Origin: an uncultured Veillonellaceae bacterium
Lineage (GTDB): Bacteria > Bacillota > Negativicutes > JARBTT01
Direction: 5' to 3'
DNA: 64,000 bases
NCBI GenBank assembly: GCA_963805085.1
Contig: CAWDTA010000002.1
Span: forward strand, 1,856,001-1,920,000
Notes under the pieces: model-generated
Told to the model about the DNA's origin: nothing
Database searches by the model: none
The model's input: only the letters and a program-made list of their open reading frames with translations
Translations under genes and position numbers: made by a program
Part shown: positions 20,197 through 31,992 of the stretch, one piece after another
How the letters are laid out: every line of letters starts with the position of its first letter
How positions within the stretch are numbered: the first letter of the stretch is position 1

Positions 20197-21059
20197 ACAG
20201 TGTGCGAAAAAAGATCAGACAGTATGTAGGAATGACATTAGGGATACTCATTACAGCTGTTGCAATGAACTTATTTTTAATTCCCCATAAGATTGCAGCC
20301 GGTGGTATTGGTGGTGTAGCTACTGTACTACATTATTTATTTAATTTTCCCGTTGGTGTCATTATGCTCCTCTTTAATATTCCGATTTTTATGTTTGGTT
20401 TGAAAATATTAGGGGCGCGTTATGGATTGAACACTTTGTATGGTGCGATCATGTTATCGGTATTTATTGATATTACCGGGAAAATTACGCCAGTTGTTAC
20501 GGAAGATATTTTACTCAATTGTCTTTATGGCGGCGTTATGGTTGGCGTTGGGATGGGGCTAGTATTTCGCTTCAAAGGGAATACGGCAGGGACAGCCCTA
20601 CTGGCAGCAATCTTAAATAAGCTATTTCATATCAGCGTCGGACAAGCCTTACTCATCGCGGATGGCTGTGTTGTTGCTTTTGCCGGGATTGTCTTTCAAA
20701 GTCCAGAGCTTGCCCTGTATGCAACGATTTCAATTTTTGTAACTTCGCAGATCATAGATTTAGTCCAAGAAGGTCCATCAACGAGTAAATCTTTCTTGAT
20801 TATGGCTGAAAATCCTGGTGAGTTAGCGGATAAAATTTTTCAGGAAATTGATCGTGGCGTTACGTATCTACAAGGACGGGGTGGCTACACAGGACAGAGT
20901 CGTGAGATGCTCCTGTGTGTTGTGGAGACAAGTCAAGTAACACAGTTAAAAGACCTGATTGTGCAGCATGATTCAAAAGCTTTTATCGTTGTTAATGATG
21001 CGCATGAAGTTTTTGGTGAAGGATTTACCAGTTATGAAAGTAAGAAAAATATAAAATAA
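20193..21059 (+). CDS. YitT-family membrane protein (DUF161/DUF2179)
   Basis: P.KIAAGG.GG, N.P.F..G, RGVT...G.GGYTG, D.KAF.....A.EVFGEGF. Confidence 0.9.
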   Translation: MNSVRKKIRQYVGMTLGILITAVAMNLFLIPHKIAAGGIGGVATVLHYLFNFPVGVIMLLFNIPIFMFGLKILGARYGLNTLYGAIMLSVFIDITGKITPVVTEDILLNCLYGGVMVGVGMGLVFRFKGNTAGTALLAAILNKLFHISVGQALLIADGCVVAFAGIVFQSPELALYATISIFVTSQIIDLVQEGPSTSKSFLIMAENPGELADKIFQEIDRGVTYLQGRGGYTGQSREMLLCVVETSQVTQLKDLIVQHDSKAFIVVNDAHEVFGEGFTSYESKKNIK

Positions 21060-21069
21060 TCGAACGGAT

Positions 21070-21115
21070 AAAGTGGCTCTTAGATGCATACGCATGTAAA
21101 GAAGCCACTTTTTTT
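21070..21115 (+). terminator. Intrinsic terminator
   Basis: aaagtggct / agccacttt stem followed by a T-run. Confidence 0.7.
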
Positions 21116-21124
21116 GTGTGTAGC

Positions 21125-21246
21125 AGAGATTGTTACAAAATACCCATCTGCGTTGCTCAACCTGCGAGCCATCGCTCAACGTACTATACACGTACGCCTT
21201 CGCGTTCTCGTCGTGCCTAGCATCTGGGCATCTTGTAACAATCTTT
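21125..21246 (-). repeat. Repeat family B-related element, full copy
   Basis: Terminal IR agattgttacaa/ttgtaacaatct. Reverse strand has the core CAGATGCTAGGCAC..GTACGT..ACGCAGATG shared with 26469-26552. Confidence 0.85.
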
Positions 21247-21266
21247 TGAAATTTAAGGAGAGCATT

Positions 21267-21995
21267 ATGATTTTTTTTGGTAAAAAAATTTATAAACGGA
21301 TCGCTGTTTTATGTATTACGGCAATCGCGTTATTAAAATTACATGCGACATTTACCATGTTCATTTCCATGCTCGTGTCGATTGTGTGTTATGCATTGCC
21401 GTTTGATCTTTCTTTTGCCATTGGTTTTGTATTGTTACTATTCGCCCATGAATTTGGGCATGTGCTTGCGTCGCGGGTAGTCGGGCTTCGTACATCACCA
21501 CCGATATTCATCCCATTTTTAGGTGCGATGATTCATTTAAAACGCCAGCCAGTGAATGCGAAGATGACGGCAAATATTGCAATTGGCGGGCCAGCAATGG
21601 GCGCTTTGAGTGCACTTGTTTGTATTGCGTGTTATTTTTGGACAGACGAACGGTTATTCTTAATCCTAGCGTATGTAGCTTGTATTTTAAATTTGTTTAA
21701 CTTGATTCCCAGTGAACCCTTAGATGGTGGTAAAATTATCGTGGCGATTTCTCCATATCTTTCTTGGCTTGGTACACTCATCATTGGTGTATTATTTTTT
21801 TATACGTATAATATCATTATTTTTATCATCTTTATCTTTTCTTTAACGCGACTATGGAAGTTAAGTAGTACTGATTATACGGAATATTACTATCAAATTC
21901 CTACCAGAGTAAGATGGCTTGTATTTAGTTGGTATATTGGGTTGATCGCAGTTTTGGGGGTTGCAACTGTCTATATTGGGGAATTACTAAGATAA
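21267..21995 (+). CDS. Site-2 protease (M50) family membrane metalloprotease
   Basis: HEFGH zinc motif, AIGGP, NLFNLIP..PLDGG; AAGGAG RBS before ATG 21267. Confidence 0.9.
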   Translation: MIFFGKKIYKRIAVLCITAIALLKLHATFTMFISMLVSIVCYALPFDLSFAIGFVLLLFAHEFGHVLASRVVGLRTSPPIFIPFLGAMIHLKRQPVNAKMTANIAIGGPAMGALSALVCIACYFWTDERLFLILAYVACILNLFNLIPSEPLDGGKIIVAISPYLSWLGTLIIGVLFFYTYNIIIFIIFIFSLTRLWKLSSTDYTEYYYQIPTRVRWLVFSWYIGLIAVLGVATVYIGELLR

Positions 21996-22111
21996 AGCTA
22001 TTTTATAAAAATTTATACCTCTGAAAAAAAGGTTTTTAGACAAAAATGTCTAAAGATATAACGTTATGAGATAAATTGTATTTTTTTTGGATTAAGGGGG
22101 TTTGGTCACCG

Positions 22112-22798
22112 TTGATACATATGAGTGAAGTTTCAAAAGTGTATGAAAATGGTTCATCTGCATTGAATAATATCAATATTGATATAGAAAAAGGTGAGTT
22201 CGTTTTCTTAGTTGGTTCGAGCGGTGCAGGGAAATCTACTTTTATTAAAATGATTTTCCGCGAGGTATTACCATCTAAGGGGCAGTTAATCATCAATGGT
22301 CGTAATATCATGACAATGAAGGAAGAAGAAGTCCCATATTTAAGACGTGGTTTAGGGATTGTCTTTCAAGATTATCGTTTACTCCCTGATAAAAATGTTT
22401 ATGAAAATGTGGCCTTCGCTATGCAAGTAATTGAAGCACCACGGCGTGAAATGCAAAAACGTGTAAACAGTGTTCTAGAATTGGTTGGTCTTAGAGATAA
22501 GTTGAAAAGTTTGCCGTCTCAATTATCAGGGGGAGAACAGCAAAGAGTAGCGATTGCCCGCGCGATTGTCAACAGTCCGATGATTGTGATTGCTGATGAA
22601 CCAACGGGTAATCTAGATCCAGATACATCATGGGAAATTATGAAGATATTTGAACGTATCAATAAATCAGGTACGACAATTGTTATGGCAACGCATGATA
22701 AAACTATTGTTGATGCGATGAAAAAAAGGGTTATTGCAATTGAAGATGGCTGTATTATCCGTGATGAAGTGAAGGGAGCATACGGCTATGAAGATTAG
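22112..22798 (+). CDS. ftsE: Cell division ATP-binding protein FtsE
   Basis: GSSGAGKST, LRR.LG.VFQDYRLL, ADEPTGNLDP. Confidence 0.95.
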   Translation: MIHMSEVSKVYENGSSALNNINIDIEKGEFVFLVGSSGAGKSTFIKMIFREVLPSKGQLIINGRNIMTMKEEEVPYLRRGLGIVFQDYRLLPDKNVYENVAFAMQVIEAPRREMQKRVNSVLELVGLRDKLKSLPSQLSGGEQQRVAIARAIVNSPMIVIADEPTGNLDPDTSWEIMKIFERINKSGTTIVMATHDKTIVDAMKKRVIAIEDGCIIRDEVKGAYGYED

Positions 22799-23675
22799 AA
22801 CCTGGGAATATTTTATCCGTGAAGTATTTGTTTCTCTAAAACGTAATAGTTGGATGACCTTTGCCTCCATTAGTACGGTGGCGCTGTCTCTGCTAATATT
22901 AGGTTTATTTTTGATTATTGTTTTAAATTTGAATAATATGGCGACATCTCTGGAATCTCAGGTACAAATTAATGTTTATTTAAAAGATGAGTTATCTGAT
23001 AAGAAGATGGAGGATATCGGTCAGAAAATAAAAAAATTGCCTGGTGTGGAAGAAATCAAGTTTGTCAGTAAAAAAGAAGCGATGGAACGATTCAAAGAAC
23101 GTTTAGGTGATCAACAAACCTTGCTTACTGCATTAGGGGAATCGAATCCATTACCGAATGCCTTTGAAGTTAAGCTCAGAGCTCCAGAACAGGTAAAAGC
23201 AGCGGCCAATTTAATCAATGAATATGAGGGGGTCGAAAATGCAAAATTTGGACAAGACATCATTGACCAATTATTTGAGTTAACGAAGATGATTCGAATT
23301 TTTGGTTTTATTATCATTGTATTTTTGGCCTTAGCGACCATTTTTATTATTTCAAATACCATTCGGTTAACGGTATTTGCTCGACGCAAAGAGATTGGTA
23401 TTATGAAGTATGTTGGAGCTACCGACTGGTTTATTCGCTGGCCATTTCTAATGGAAGGCATGGTGCTCGGATTATTGGGTTCAGCGGTTGCGACGATCAT
23501 ATTGCGTAATTCTTATGGTGCTGTTGTCGCAAAAATTTATGATACATTGACTTTTTTACCGCTCATTCCCGAGCAACCGTTTTTGAATAATGTCAGTATT
23601 TTAATGGTTGTTGTTGGTACGGCCATTGGGGCACTTGGTAGTACAATTTCGTTAAAACGGTTTATGAAGGTATAA
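22788..23675 (+). CDS. ftsX: Cell division permease FtsX
   Basis: NPLP, ISNTIRLTVFARRKEI.IMKYVGAT..FIRWPF. Confidence 0.95.
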   Translation: MKIRTWEYFIREVFVSLKRNSWMTFASISTVALSLLILGLFLIIVLNLNNMATSLESQVQINVYLKDELSDKKMEDIGQKIKKLPGVEEIKFVSKKEAMERFKERLGDQQTLLTALGESNPLPNAFEVKLRAPEQVKAAANLINEYEGVENAKFGQDIIDQLFELTKMIRIFGFIIIVFLALATIFIISNTIRLTVFARRKEIGIMKYVGATDWFIRWPFLMEGMVLGLLGSAVATIILRNSYGAVVAKIYDTLTFLPLIPEQPFLNNVSILMVVVGTAIGALGSTISLKRFMKV

Positions 23676-23687
23676 GGAGAGTTTTTA

Positions 23688-24821
23688 GTGAATAATTTAA
23701 AGCGTTATTGGGTTGTGGCAACTGCGCTATTAGTGCTAAGCTCTTTTTCCATAACCGTTTTTGCCAGTTCTCTCGACGATAAACTTAGCGATATCAAGAG
23801 TCAGATGTCTGATCAAAAAAGTAAAGCGGCAGAAGCACAGCAACAAGTGGAAAATATATCTGATCAACTTCGTTTGATACAACAAAATTTACAGGTTGTC
23901 ACGGATGAATATAAAGGCATTCAGAAACAATCCAACGAAACAGAAGAAAAAATTGATAAAAATAAAGACGCGTTAGCTAAAGCTGAGAAAGAGCTAGCTG
24001 CGCGGATGAAAATCTTGGATAAACGCATTCGTGATATCTATGAAAATGGGCAAATCAGTTATGTCGATGTATTATTTGGCGCTAAAGATTTTAATGATTT
24101 TATGACGCGGATGGATCTACTCAAACGCATTATCAAACATGACTATGATCTGATTATCAAAATTCAGGATCAACGTAAGCTGATTTTAGAAAAAAAAGCG
24201 GAATTAGAACGCGATCAAGCAGCCTTAAAAGAGCTTGAAATAGCTGCCGAGTCAAAGAAAAAAGAAGTAGAAGCGAGCAAGGCAAAACAAGAAAAAATAC
24301 TGGATAAAATGGCCAATGATCGTGATACTGCTGAACGTGCTTATCAGGAATTATTAGAAGCATCACGGCAAGTTGAGCAAATGATTCGCCAAAGTAGATA
24401 TCAAGTGAGTGAAGGAAAAGGTAGTGGCAAATCTACAGGTACGATGATTTGGCCAATTGATGGGCCAATTACTTCTCCATTCGGCTGGCGTACCCATCCG
24501 ATTTTTGGCACTTCTATATTTCATAGTGGTCTTGATATTGGTGGTGATTATGGCATGCCAGTGGTTGCTGCTGATGGTGGCGTTGTCATTTATGCTGGCT
24601 GGATTAGTGGCTATGGTAATGCGGTCATCATTGATCATGGGAATGGTGTATCTTCACTTTATGGACATAATCAGAGCTTGGTAGTTAGTGAAGGACAATC
24701 GGTATCACAAGGACAGCTAATTTCATATTGTGGTTCTACAGGTAATTCAACTGGGCCACATGTTCATTTTGAAGTCAGAGAAAATGGTACACCGGTGAGC
24801 CCGTATAATTATTTAAGATAG
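23688..24821 (+). CDS. Coiled-coil M23 peptidase (EnvC-like murein hydrolase/activator)
   Basis: Signal peptide, long coiled coil, H.GLD and HVH M23 motifs. Confidence 0.9.
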   Translation: MNNLKRYWVVATALLVLSSFSITVFASSLDDKLSDIKSQMSDQKSKAAEAQQQVENISDQLRLIQQNLQVVTDEYKGIQKQSNETEEKIDKNKDALAKAEKELAARMKILDKRIRDIYENGQISYVDVLFGAKDFNDFMTRMDLLKRIIKHDYDLIIKIQDQRKLILEKKAELERDQAALKELEIAAESKKKEVEASKAKQEKILDKMANDRDTAERAYQELLEASRQVEQMIRQSRYQVSEGKGSGKSTGTMIWPIDGPITSPFGWRTHPIFGTSIFHSGLDIGGDYGMPVVAADGGVVIYAGWISGYGNAVIIDHGNGVSSLYGHNQSLVVSEGQSVSQGQLISYCGSTGNSTGPHVHFEVRENGTPVSPYNYLR

Positions 24822-24965
24822 TATAAATAAAGTGCTTTTGGCATACGTTATAGCAATGTAGGAGAATCAAAGCCGAAAATAAATAATGAAAAGTAGCAGA
24901 ATGTTATAATGATGATAGTAAGTAACATTCTGCTAATTTTTATAGCAGTGAATAGAGGTGGAAAA

Positions 24966-26105
24966 ATGAGCAAGAAAAAACTAATACTTGGGTCTGTTTT
25001 TTTAGTATTTATAACAATGTTTTCTACACTGATTGGTGTTTACTATGTGCTAGGATTAAGTCAATTTAAAATTGGTGATACCGTTCGTTTTTTGCATGCA
25101 CTACGTTTTGTTGATAGTCAATTTGTCAATGAAGTCGACGATAATAAACTAGTCACAGGTGCGATTTCTGGGATGATGGCTTCTCTAGGAGATCCTCATT
25201 CGGTTTATTTGGATCCACAGATGTATAAAGAGCTAATGAGTCATACTGAAGGTTCTTTTGGTGGTGTAGGTATTGTAATGGGTGTCAAAGATAAGATGCT
25301 TACTGTAGTTGCACCGATTGAAGGTACGCCTAGTTTCAATGCCGGTATTAAAAGCGGTGATAAGATCGTAAAAATCGACGGCGAAGACACCAAAGATATC
25401 GCAGTCGATCAAGCAGCGAATAAAATTCGTGGAGAAATTGGTACAGAGGTTACACTTACCATACATCGTGACGGAGAAGTAGACAAAGATTACGTGTTAA
25501 AGCGTTCCAATATCGAAATTAAAACAGTAGCAAGTAAAATGCTCGACAATGGTGTAGGTTATATCAGAATTTCTACGTTCAGTGAACATACTGGTAAAGA
25601 TGTCGATAAAGCTTACAAAGAGCTAGAAGATCAAGGAATGAAGGCAATCGTATTAGATTTACGTGATAATCCAGGTGGTTTACTTACTACTAGTGTTGAA
25701 GTGGCCAATAATTTCATTCCCAAAGGTACAGTCGTTTCTACAGTAAAACGCGATGGTACTAGAGAAGTGTTGAATGCGACCAAACTGGATGCTGTCAAAT
25801 ATCCAGCAGCAGTTCTTGTCAATGGCGGTAGTGCGAGTGCTTCGGAAATCGTGTCTGGCGCAATTCAAGATACTGGTTCAGGTACGATTGTTGGTACGAC
25901 ATCTTATGGGAAAGGTTCTGTACAGATTGTTATGCCAATGTACGGTGGCGATGCGTTAAAATTAACCATAGCAAAATACTATACGCCAAATGATCGATCC
26001 ATTGATGGGATTGGGATTCAACCTGATGTTGTTGTAGAACCAAATGGAACAACGGATAATCAATTGGAAAAGGCAATTGAAGTGGTGACGAGTAAACTAA
26101 AATAA
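24966..26105 (+). CDS. S41 C-terminal processing peptidase with PDZ domain
   Basis: DPHS, GGVGI, DLRDNPGG, SASASE, GKGSVQ. Confidence 0.93.
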   Translation: MSKKKLILGSVFLVFITMFSTLIGVYYVLGLSQFKIGDTVRFLHALRFVDSQFVNEVDDNKLVTGAISGMMASLGDPHSVYLDPQMYKELMSHTEGSFGGVGIVMGVKDKMLTVVAPIEGTPSFNAGIKSGDKIVKIDGEDTKDIAVDQAANKIRGEIGTEVTLTIHRDGEVDKDYVLKRSNIEIKTVASKMLDNGVGYIRISTFSEHTGKDVDKAYKELEDQGMKAIVLDLRDNPGGLLTTSVEVANNFIPKGTVVSTVKRDGTREVLNATKLDAVKYPAAVLVNGGSASASEIVSGAIQDTGSGTIVGTTSYGKGSVQIVMPMYGGDALKLTIAKYYTPNDRSIDGIGIQPDVVVEPNGTTDNQLEKAIEVVTSKLK

Positions 26106-26124
26106 ATTTAACATTCTATGCTAG

Positions 26125-26315
26125 AGAAGCAGATAAATTGCAACGAAAACCAGTAAGTCGGCAAAAGACAAATCTCAAGTTAGCGCTAGATACAAAACCG
26201 CAATGAAGGCTCAAACTTCCTACGGTTAAACAGAAAGCCTTCAAAGCTAAGTAGTAGTAAGATTTGTCTATGTTGCCTTAGTTAAAAGGTTTTCTTTTGC
26301 AACTTATCTGCTTCT
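26125..26315 (+). repeat. Structured intergenic repeat family A, copy 2
   Basis: agaagcagataa/ttatctgcttct, gaaaacc/ggttttc, agacaaatct/agatttgtct, gaaggct/agccttc. Confidence 0.85.
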
Positions 26316-26417
26316 ATAATTAAAAATCGAAAGTATCTACGATATTTTGTAGGTACTTTTTAGGTTGTCGACAAAATAAAATATTTGTGTCGATGATTTA
26401 GAAAATATCTAAATCTG

Positions 26418-26592
26418 TTCCACTTATAAACTAGTACGAAGATAGGCTGCCAGTTGGTGAAAAGTACTCAGATGCTAGGCACAGTAAGGGGGTGCGAAGG
26501 AGTCGTACTTTTGTACGTCGACGAGCAGTACCTTACTGTAACGACGCAGATGAATGCTTATCGCCGACCCGCGGTCTGTCTGTCCATAGTTT
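26418..26592 (+). repeat. Intergenic repeat family B, full copy
   Basis: gataggctgc/gcggtctgtc outer stem, acagtaagg/ccttactgt and gtac-tttt-gtac inner stems; homologous to 9481-9591. Confidence 0.8.
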
Positions 26593-26682
26593 ATCTACAG
26601 GCTAGAAAACACTTACGAAGTTTTGTAGGTACTTTTATTTTTTTCGCAAAATTTGTATATAATAATAATAAATTATTTGTAT

Positions 26683-26705
26683 CGTACATATGTTTGTGTT
26701 ATAAT
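26683..26705 (+). promoter_or_regulatory. LexA (Cheo/SOS) box next to an extended -10 of uvrB
   Basis: CGTACATATGTTTG versus the Bacillota consensus CGAACNNNNGTTCG, directly followed by TGTTATAAT. Confidence 0.6.
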
Positions 26706-26795
26706 TTATTGGATAATTGTTATTGATTAGCTTTAATTGGAATGAAGAAATTAAGTGGGATATAAATAGTCCCTCTGTCTGGTGAGGTGTTTTTT

Positions 26796-28853
26796 GTGGT
26801 AGATGTGCCAAAATTAAATACAGTTTATCAAGATGGTGGTGTACCGTTTCAAGTGGTGTCGCCGTTTGAACCGACGGGAGATCAACCAAAAGCGATTGAA
26901 CAGTTGGTCGGTGGCATTGAAAATGGACAGACTGCACAAGTTTTGCTCGGAGCAACGGGGACTGGCAAAACATTTACGATAGCAAAAACAATAGAGCGGG
27001 TGCAAAAACCAACGCTTGTGATTGCCCATAATAAGACACTTGCTGCGCAGCTCGCTAGTGAGTTTAAAGAGTTTTTTCCTAATAATGCAGTTGGCTATTT
27101 CGTTAGTTATTATGATTATTATCAACCAGAGGCATATATTGCCCATACGGATACTTATATCGAAAAAGATGCATCCATTAATGATGAGATAGATAAATTA
27201 CGCCATTCGGCGACCTGTTCTTTATTTGAACGACGTGATGTTATTATCGTTGCGAGTGTTTCATGTATCTATGGTTTAGGTTCGCCCGATGAATATCAAG
27301 GTTTGGTGTTATCGCTCCGGCAGGGGCAAATTTACGATCGTAATGATATTTTGCGAAAGTTAGTTAGCATTCAATACGAACGCAATGACATTAGCTTTAC
27401 GCGTGGTAAGTTTCGTGTGCGTGGGGATGTAGTAGAAATATTTCCGGCCGGTTATAATGAACGGGCAATTCGCGTCGAATTATTTGGCGATGAAATTGAA
27501 CGTATTTTAGAAATTGATGTGCTAACTGGAGAAATCTATGGAGAGCGCAAACATATTACCGTTTATCCAGCTTCTCACTATGTTACATCACGAGAAAATA
27601 TGCTTGATGCGGTAGAAGCAATTGAAGCGGAATTAGAAGAACGTTTAGCATATTTAAACGCCAACAATAAATTAGTGGAGGCGCAACGACTCGAACAACG
27701 GACGCGCTATGACATTGAGATGATGTTGGAAATGGGCTATTGCTCTGGAATAGAAAATTATTCGAAGCATTTGACCAAACGAGAAACTGGTGATGCACCA
27801 TATACCCTGATGAATTATTTTCCCGATGATTTTTTAATTGTGATTGATGAGTCTCATGTGACCTTACCGCAGATTCGAGCTATGTACGCTGGGGATCGTA
27901 GTCGCAAAGAATCATTGGTGCAAAATGGTTTTCGTTTGCCGTCAGCGTTTGATAACCGACCATTTAAATTTGAGGAGTTCGTAAATCGGATCAATCAAAT
28001 TATTTATGTTTCGGCAACACCAGCGAAGTATGAGTTAGAGCAGGCAAATCAAGTGGTAGAACAAATCATTCGTCCTACTGGGTTACTTGATCCACAAATT
28101 GATATTCGTCCACTCAAGGGGCAAATGGATGATTTGCTAGGGGAAATAAAAAAACGCATTGTCGTAAAAGAGCGGGTACTGGTAACGACCTTAACAAAAA
28201 AGATGGCCGAGAATTTAACGGAATACTTAAAAGAAATGGGCATCAAAGTTCGGTACTTACATTCTGATATTGTGACGATGGAACGGGCGGAAATCATTCG
28301 TGATTTGCGTGCTGGTGTATTCGATGTTCTTATTGGCATCAATTTGCTGCGTGAAGGATTGGATTTACCAGAGGTTTCTTTAGTGGCAATTCTTGATGCG
28401 GATAAAGAAGGCTTCTTGCGTTCAGATACTTCGCTGATTCAAACAATCGGACGGGCAGCGCGTAATGAGCAAGGTAAAGTTATCATGTATGCCGATCGTA
28501 TGACAGACTCCATGAAAAGGGCTATTGATGAAACGGACCGTCGGCGTGAAGTTCAAGCTGCGTATAATAAAGTCCATGGTATTACGCCACAAACGATCCA
28601 AAAGAGCATTAAGAATTTAATTGAAACGACGAAAGTTGCCGAAGAGCCCGCTGTATATAAAACAAAATCTGGTATAAAGATGTCAGATAATGAAAAACAA
28701 GAATTGATTACTACCTTGGAAAAAGAAATGCGCGAGGCGTCACGAAAACTCGAATTTGAGCGTGCAGCAAAATTACGAGATATGTTGGTGGAGCTAAAGA
28801 CGAGTTTGCCAGCAAAGAAGGCAGCAGGCAAACCAACACGTAAGAAAAAATAA
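26796..28853 (+). CDS. uvrB: Excinuclease ABC subunit B
   Basis: [37 protein letters not shown]-terminal UVR domain. Confidence 0.98.
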   Translation: MVDVPKLNTVYQDGGVPFQVVSPFEPTGDQPKAIEQLVGGIENGQTAQVLLGATGTGKTFTIAKTIERVQKPTLVIAHNKTLAAQLASEFKEFFPNNAVGYFVSYYDYYQPEAYIAHTDTYIEKDASINDEIDKLRHSATCSLFERRDVIIVASVSCIYGLGSPDEYQGLVLSLRQGQIYDRNDILRKLVSIQYERNDISFTRGKFRVRGDVVEIFPAGYNERAIRVELFGDEIERILEIDVLTGEIYGERKHITVYPASHYVTSRENMLDAVEAIEAELEERLAYLNANNKLVEAQRLEQRTRYDIEMMLEMGYCSGIENYSKHLTKRETGDAPYTLMNYFPDDFLIVIDESHVTLPQIRAMYAGDRSRKESLVQNGFRLPSAFDNRPFKFEEFVNRINQIIYVSATPAKYELEQANQVVEQIIRPTGLLDPQIDIRPLKGQMDDLLGEIKKRIVVKERVLVTTLTKKMAENLTEYLKEMGIKVRYLHSDIVTMERAEIIRDLRAGVFDVLIGINLLREGLDLPEVSLVAILDADKEGFLRSDTSLIQTIGRAARNEQGKVIMYADRMTDSMKRAIDETDRRREVQAAYNKVHGITPQTIQKSIKNLIETTKVAEEPAVYKTKSGIKMSDNEKQELITTLEKEMREASRKLEFERAAKLRDMLVELKTSLPAKKAAGKPTRKKK

Positions 28854-28894
28854 GTAGCAGTACGCTTTGCCGAAGCAGTGGAAAGGAAAGAGCA

Positions 28895-31723
28895 GTGAAA
28901 GATAAAATAATCGTTAAAGGTGCGCGTGAGCACAATTTGAAAAATATTGATATTGAAATTCCTCGTGATGAATTGGTCGTTGTAACTGGGCTTAGTGGTT
29001 CTGGTAAGTCATCACTCGCTTTTGATACGATTTATGCAGAGGGCCAACGGCGTTATGTGGAGTCCCTTTCCGCTTATGCACGTCAATTTTTAGGACAAAT
29101 GGATAAACCTGATGTTGATTATATCGAAGGGCTGTCGCCAGCAATCTCAATCGATCAGAAAACAACGAGTCGTAATCCGCGTTCTACTGTAGGTACGGTT
29201 ACGGAAATTTATGATTATTTACGATTGATGTTTGCGCGCGCAGGTCGTCCGCATTGTCCTAAATGTGGCAAGCCAATTGCCCAGCAGACGGTAGATCAAA
29301 TGGTGGATCAATTGATGACACAGCCAGATTCGACGAAGATTATGGTAATGGCGCAAGTGGTGCGTGGGAAAAAAGGCGAGCATCAAAAAGTCCTCGATGA
29401 TATTCGTAAAAATGGCTATGTCAGAGTTCGGATTGACGGACAAATTCAAGATGTAAGTGATGAAATAAAATTAGAAAAGAATAAAAAGCATACCATTGAG
29501 GTAGTCATTGATCGTCTGGTGATTCGTGAGGGCATTGAACAGCGTTTGGCAGATTCTTTGGAAACTGCCCTTGAGCTGGGGGAAGGCGTAGTATTTGTCC
29601 AAATCATTGACGGCGAAGAGCTCATGTTTAGTCAAAATTTTGCTTGTGTTGAGTGTGGGATCAGTTTACCAGAGATTGCTCCAAGGATGTTTTCTTTCAA
29701 TAGCCCGTTTGGGGCCTGTCCTGCTTGCACTGGACTGGGCAACAATATGGAGTTTGATATCGAGCTTGTTATGCCAGATAGCAGTATGAGTTTTGCTGAA
29801 GGACTATTTGCACCGTTATCAAAGAACGTCAATTCTTATGCAATGTGTCAATTAGATGCTGTACTCACTAAGTCTGGTTATTCGTTAGACAGCACTTGGA
29901 CTATGTTAGATGAACCAGTTAAAGAGATCATCCTATATGGTTCTGGTGAGGAAAAGTTTAAATATTACTATGAAAATATGTATGGTGAGAATAAAGAATA
30001 TAATTCATCTTTTGAAGGCATTATGCCAATGCTCAACCGCCGTTATAGTGAATCCAATTCTGATGTGCAGCGGGAAGAATATGAGTCGTATATGAGTACG
30101 AAAACTTGTCCAGTTTGTAAAGGGGCTCGTTTAAAACCAGAGACCTTAGCGATTAAAGTTGGCAATAAAAATATCCATGAAGTGACCTGTTTTACGATTG
30201 CCGAATGTAAAGATTTCTTTGACAATGTAGAGCTTTCAGAGCGGGAAAAAATGATTGCCGTACAGATTTTAAAAGAAATCAATGCGAGACTCGGGTTCTT
30301 GTTAGATGTAGGCTTAGACTATTTAACATTAAGTCGTGCAGCCGGTACCTTGTCAGGCGGGGAAGCGCAGCGGATTCGACTGGCCACGCAAATCGGTTCA
30401 GGCCTTGTTGGGGTACTTTACATTCTTGATGAACCAAGTATCGGTTTGCATCAACGTGATAACAATCGTTTACTGGCGACCTTAAAACATTTACGCGATG
30501 TCGGTAATACTTTAATTGTGGTCGAACATGATGAAGATACGATGTATGCGGCTGACCATATCATCGACATTGGTCCAGTTGCAGGAGAAGGTGGTGGCTA
30601 TGTTGTCGCCCAAGGAACAGTCGAGCAAATTAAGTCAAATCCTGACTCTATTACCGGGCAATATTTGAGCCGAAAGCAATATATTCCTGTACCAAAAGAG
30701 CGTAAAATGCCAAATGGTAAATGGTTGGAAGTGATCGGGGCCAAGGAAAATAATCTAAAAAATATCAATGCTGAATTTCCCATTGGACTATTTACTGCCG
30801 TTACAGGCGTATCTGGTTCAGGAAAATCTACCTTAGTAAATGAGATTCTATATAAAGGTTTAGCAAGTAAACTGTATCGTGGCCGTGGTAAAGCAGGCGC
30901 TCATAAAGAAATTCGTGGGATTGATTTGATTGATAAAATTATTGATATTGATCAATCGCCAATTGGTAGAACGCCTCGTTCCAATCCAGCGACGTACACT
31001 GGTTTATTCGATAATATTCGCGAAGTATTTAGCCAGACAAATGAAGCTAAAATGCGTGGTTATAAACCTGGTCGGTTTAGTTTCAATGTCAAAGGTGGTC
31101 GTTGTGAAGCATGTCATGGCGATGGGATTATTAAAATAGAAATGCATTTCTTACCTGATGTTTATGTACCTTGTGAAGTATGTAAAAGCGCCCGTTATAA
31201 TCGCGAAACCTTGGAAGTGCATTATAAGGGAAAATCAATTGCTGATGTGCTCAATATGGTCATTGATGAAGCTTTGGAATTCTTTAAAAATATACCGAAA
31301 TTACAGCGTAAATTGCAAATATTGCAAGATGTTGGCTTGGGATATATCAAGCTAGGTCAACCAGCAACCACGCTTTCAGGCGGGGAAGCACAACGGGTTA
31401 AGCTCGCGACCGAATTAGCGCGTCGTAGCACTGGTAGAACACTGTATATTCTTGATGAACCGACGACTGGTCTGCATACTGCCGATATCCACAAACTTCT
31501 AGAGGTTTTAAAACGTCTGATAGAATGTGGTGATACCGTTGTAGTTATAGAGCATAACTTAGATGTGATCAAGACAGCAGATTACGTGATTGACCTGGGC
31601 CCAGAAGGTGGCTTCCGAGGCGGGAATATTGTCGTCAAAGGTACTCCGGAACAAGTAGCCGCTGAGTCAAAATCTTATACAGGACAGTTTTTGAAGCCAT
31701 TACTTGAAGAGAAAATAGAGTAG
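28895..31723 (+). CDS. uvrA: Excinuclease ABC subunit A
   Basis: GAREHNLKN, two ABC ATPase modules, zinc fingers. Confidence 0.98.
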   Translation: MKDKIIVKGAREHNLKNIDIEIPRDELVVVTGLSGSGKSSLAFDTIYAEGQRRYVESLSAYARQFLGQMDKPDVDYIEGLSPAISIDQKTTSRNPRSTVGTVTEIYDYLRLMFARAGRPHCPKCGKPIAQQTVDQMVDQLMTQPDSTKIMVMAQVVRGKKGEHQKVLDDIRKNGYVRVRIDGQIQDVSDEIKLEKNKKHTIEVVIDRLVIREGIEQRLADSLETALELGEGVVFVQIIDGEELMFSQNFACVECGISLPEIAPRMFSFNSPFGACPACTGLGNNMEFDIELVMPDSSMSFAEGLFAPLSKNVNSYAMCQLDAVLTKSGYSLDSTWTMLDEPVKEIILYGSGEEKFKYYYENMYGENKEYNSSFEGIMPMLNRRYSESNSDVQREEYESYMSTKTCPVCKGARLKPETLAIKVGNKNIHEVTCFTIAECKDFFDNVELSEREKMIAVQILKEINARLGFLLDVGLDYLTLSRAAGTLSGGEAQRIRLATQIGSGLVGVLYILDEPSIGLHQRDNNRLLATLKHLRDVGNTLIVVEHDEDTMYAADHIIDIGPVAGEGGGYVVAQGTVEQIKSNPDSITGQYLSRKQYIPVPKERKMPNGKWLEVIGAKENNLKNINAEFPIGLFTAVTGVSGSGKSTLVNEILYKGLASKLYRGRGKAGAHKEIRGIDLIDKIIDIDQSPIGRTPRSNPATYTGLFDNIREVFSQTNEAKMRGYKPGRFSFNVKGGRCEACHGDGIIKIEMHFLPDVYVPCEVCKSARYNRETLEVHYKGKSIADVLNMVIDEALEFFKNIPKLQRKLQILQDVGLGYIKLGQPATTLSGGEAQRVKLATELARRSTGRTLYILDEPTTGLHTADIHKLLEVLKRLIECGDTVVVIEHNLDVIKTADYVIDLGPEGGFRGGNIVVKGTPEQVAAESKSYTGQFLKPLLEEKIE

Positions 31724-31742
31724 AATCAAAAAAAGTAGAAAT

Positions 31743-31775
31743 AAAAAAGTACCTATAGGTACTTTTTTATTTTTT
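31743..31775. terminator. Terminator-like palindrome after uvrA
   Basis: aaaaaagtacctataggtactttttt. Confidence 0.65.
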
Positions 31776-31860
31776 AGACCAGGGAAGATAAAAGCCATTT
31801 AAGGAATGAAATCATAAAATACTGTTCGATTTAATTAAGGCGAATAAATTTTTTATTTTA

Positions 31861-31957
31861 CCCGTTGAAAAGGATAAGCTTGCAGGAATGTATCTTAATG
31901 AAGGCCTATATACAGGGAAAAAAATTAATGATAAACGTTCCTAAGCTATATTAGTTT
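31861..31957 (+). promoter_or_regulatory. Island motif copy 1: bipartite promoter-like element plus leader hairpin
   Basis: CCCGTTGAAAA 31861, AATGTATCTTAA 31887, then tata-cagggaa...ttcctaagc-tata hairpin. Confidence 0.75.
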
Positions 31958-31992
31958 TCAAAAGTATTATCGTAAATTGAGGAGGAATTTAC

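Noticed and set aside
21084-21266. 61-aa N-terminal extension of the site-2 protease
   Set aside because: Reads through a terminator and a repeat; the RBS supports ATG 21267
26454-26726. 90-aa ORF upstream of uvrB
   Set aside because: Overlaps repeat B and the uvrB promoter region
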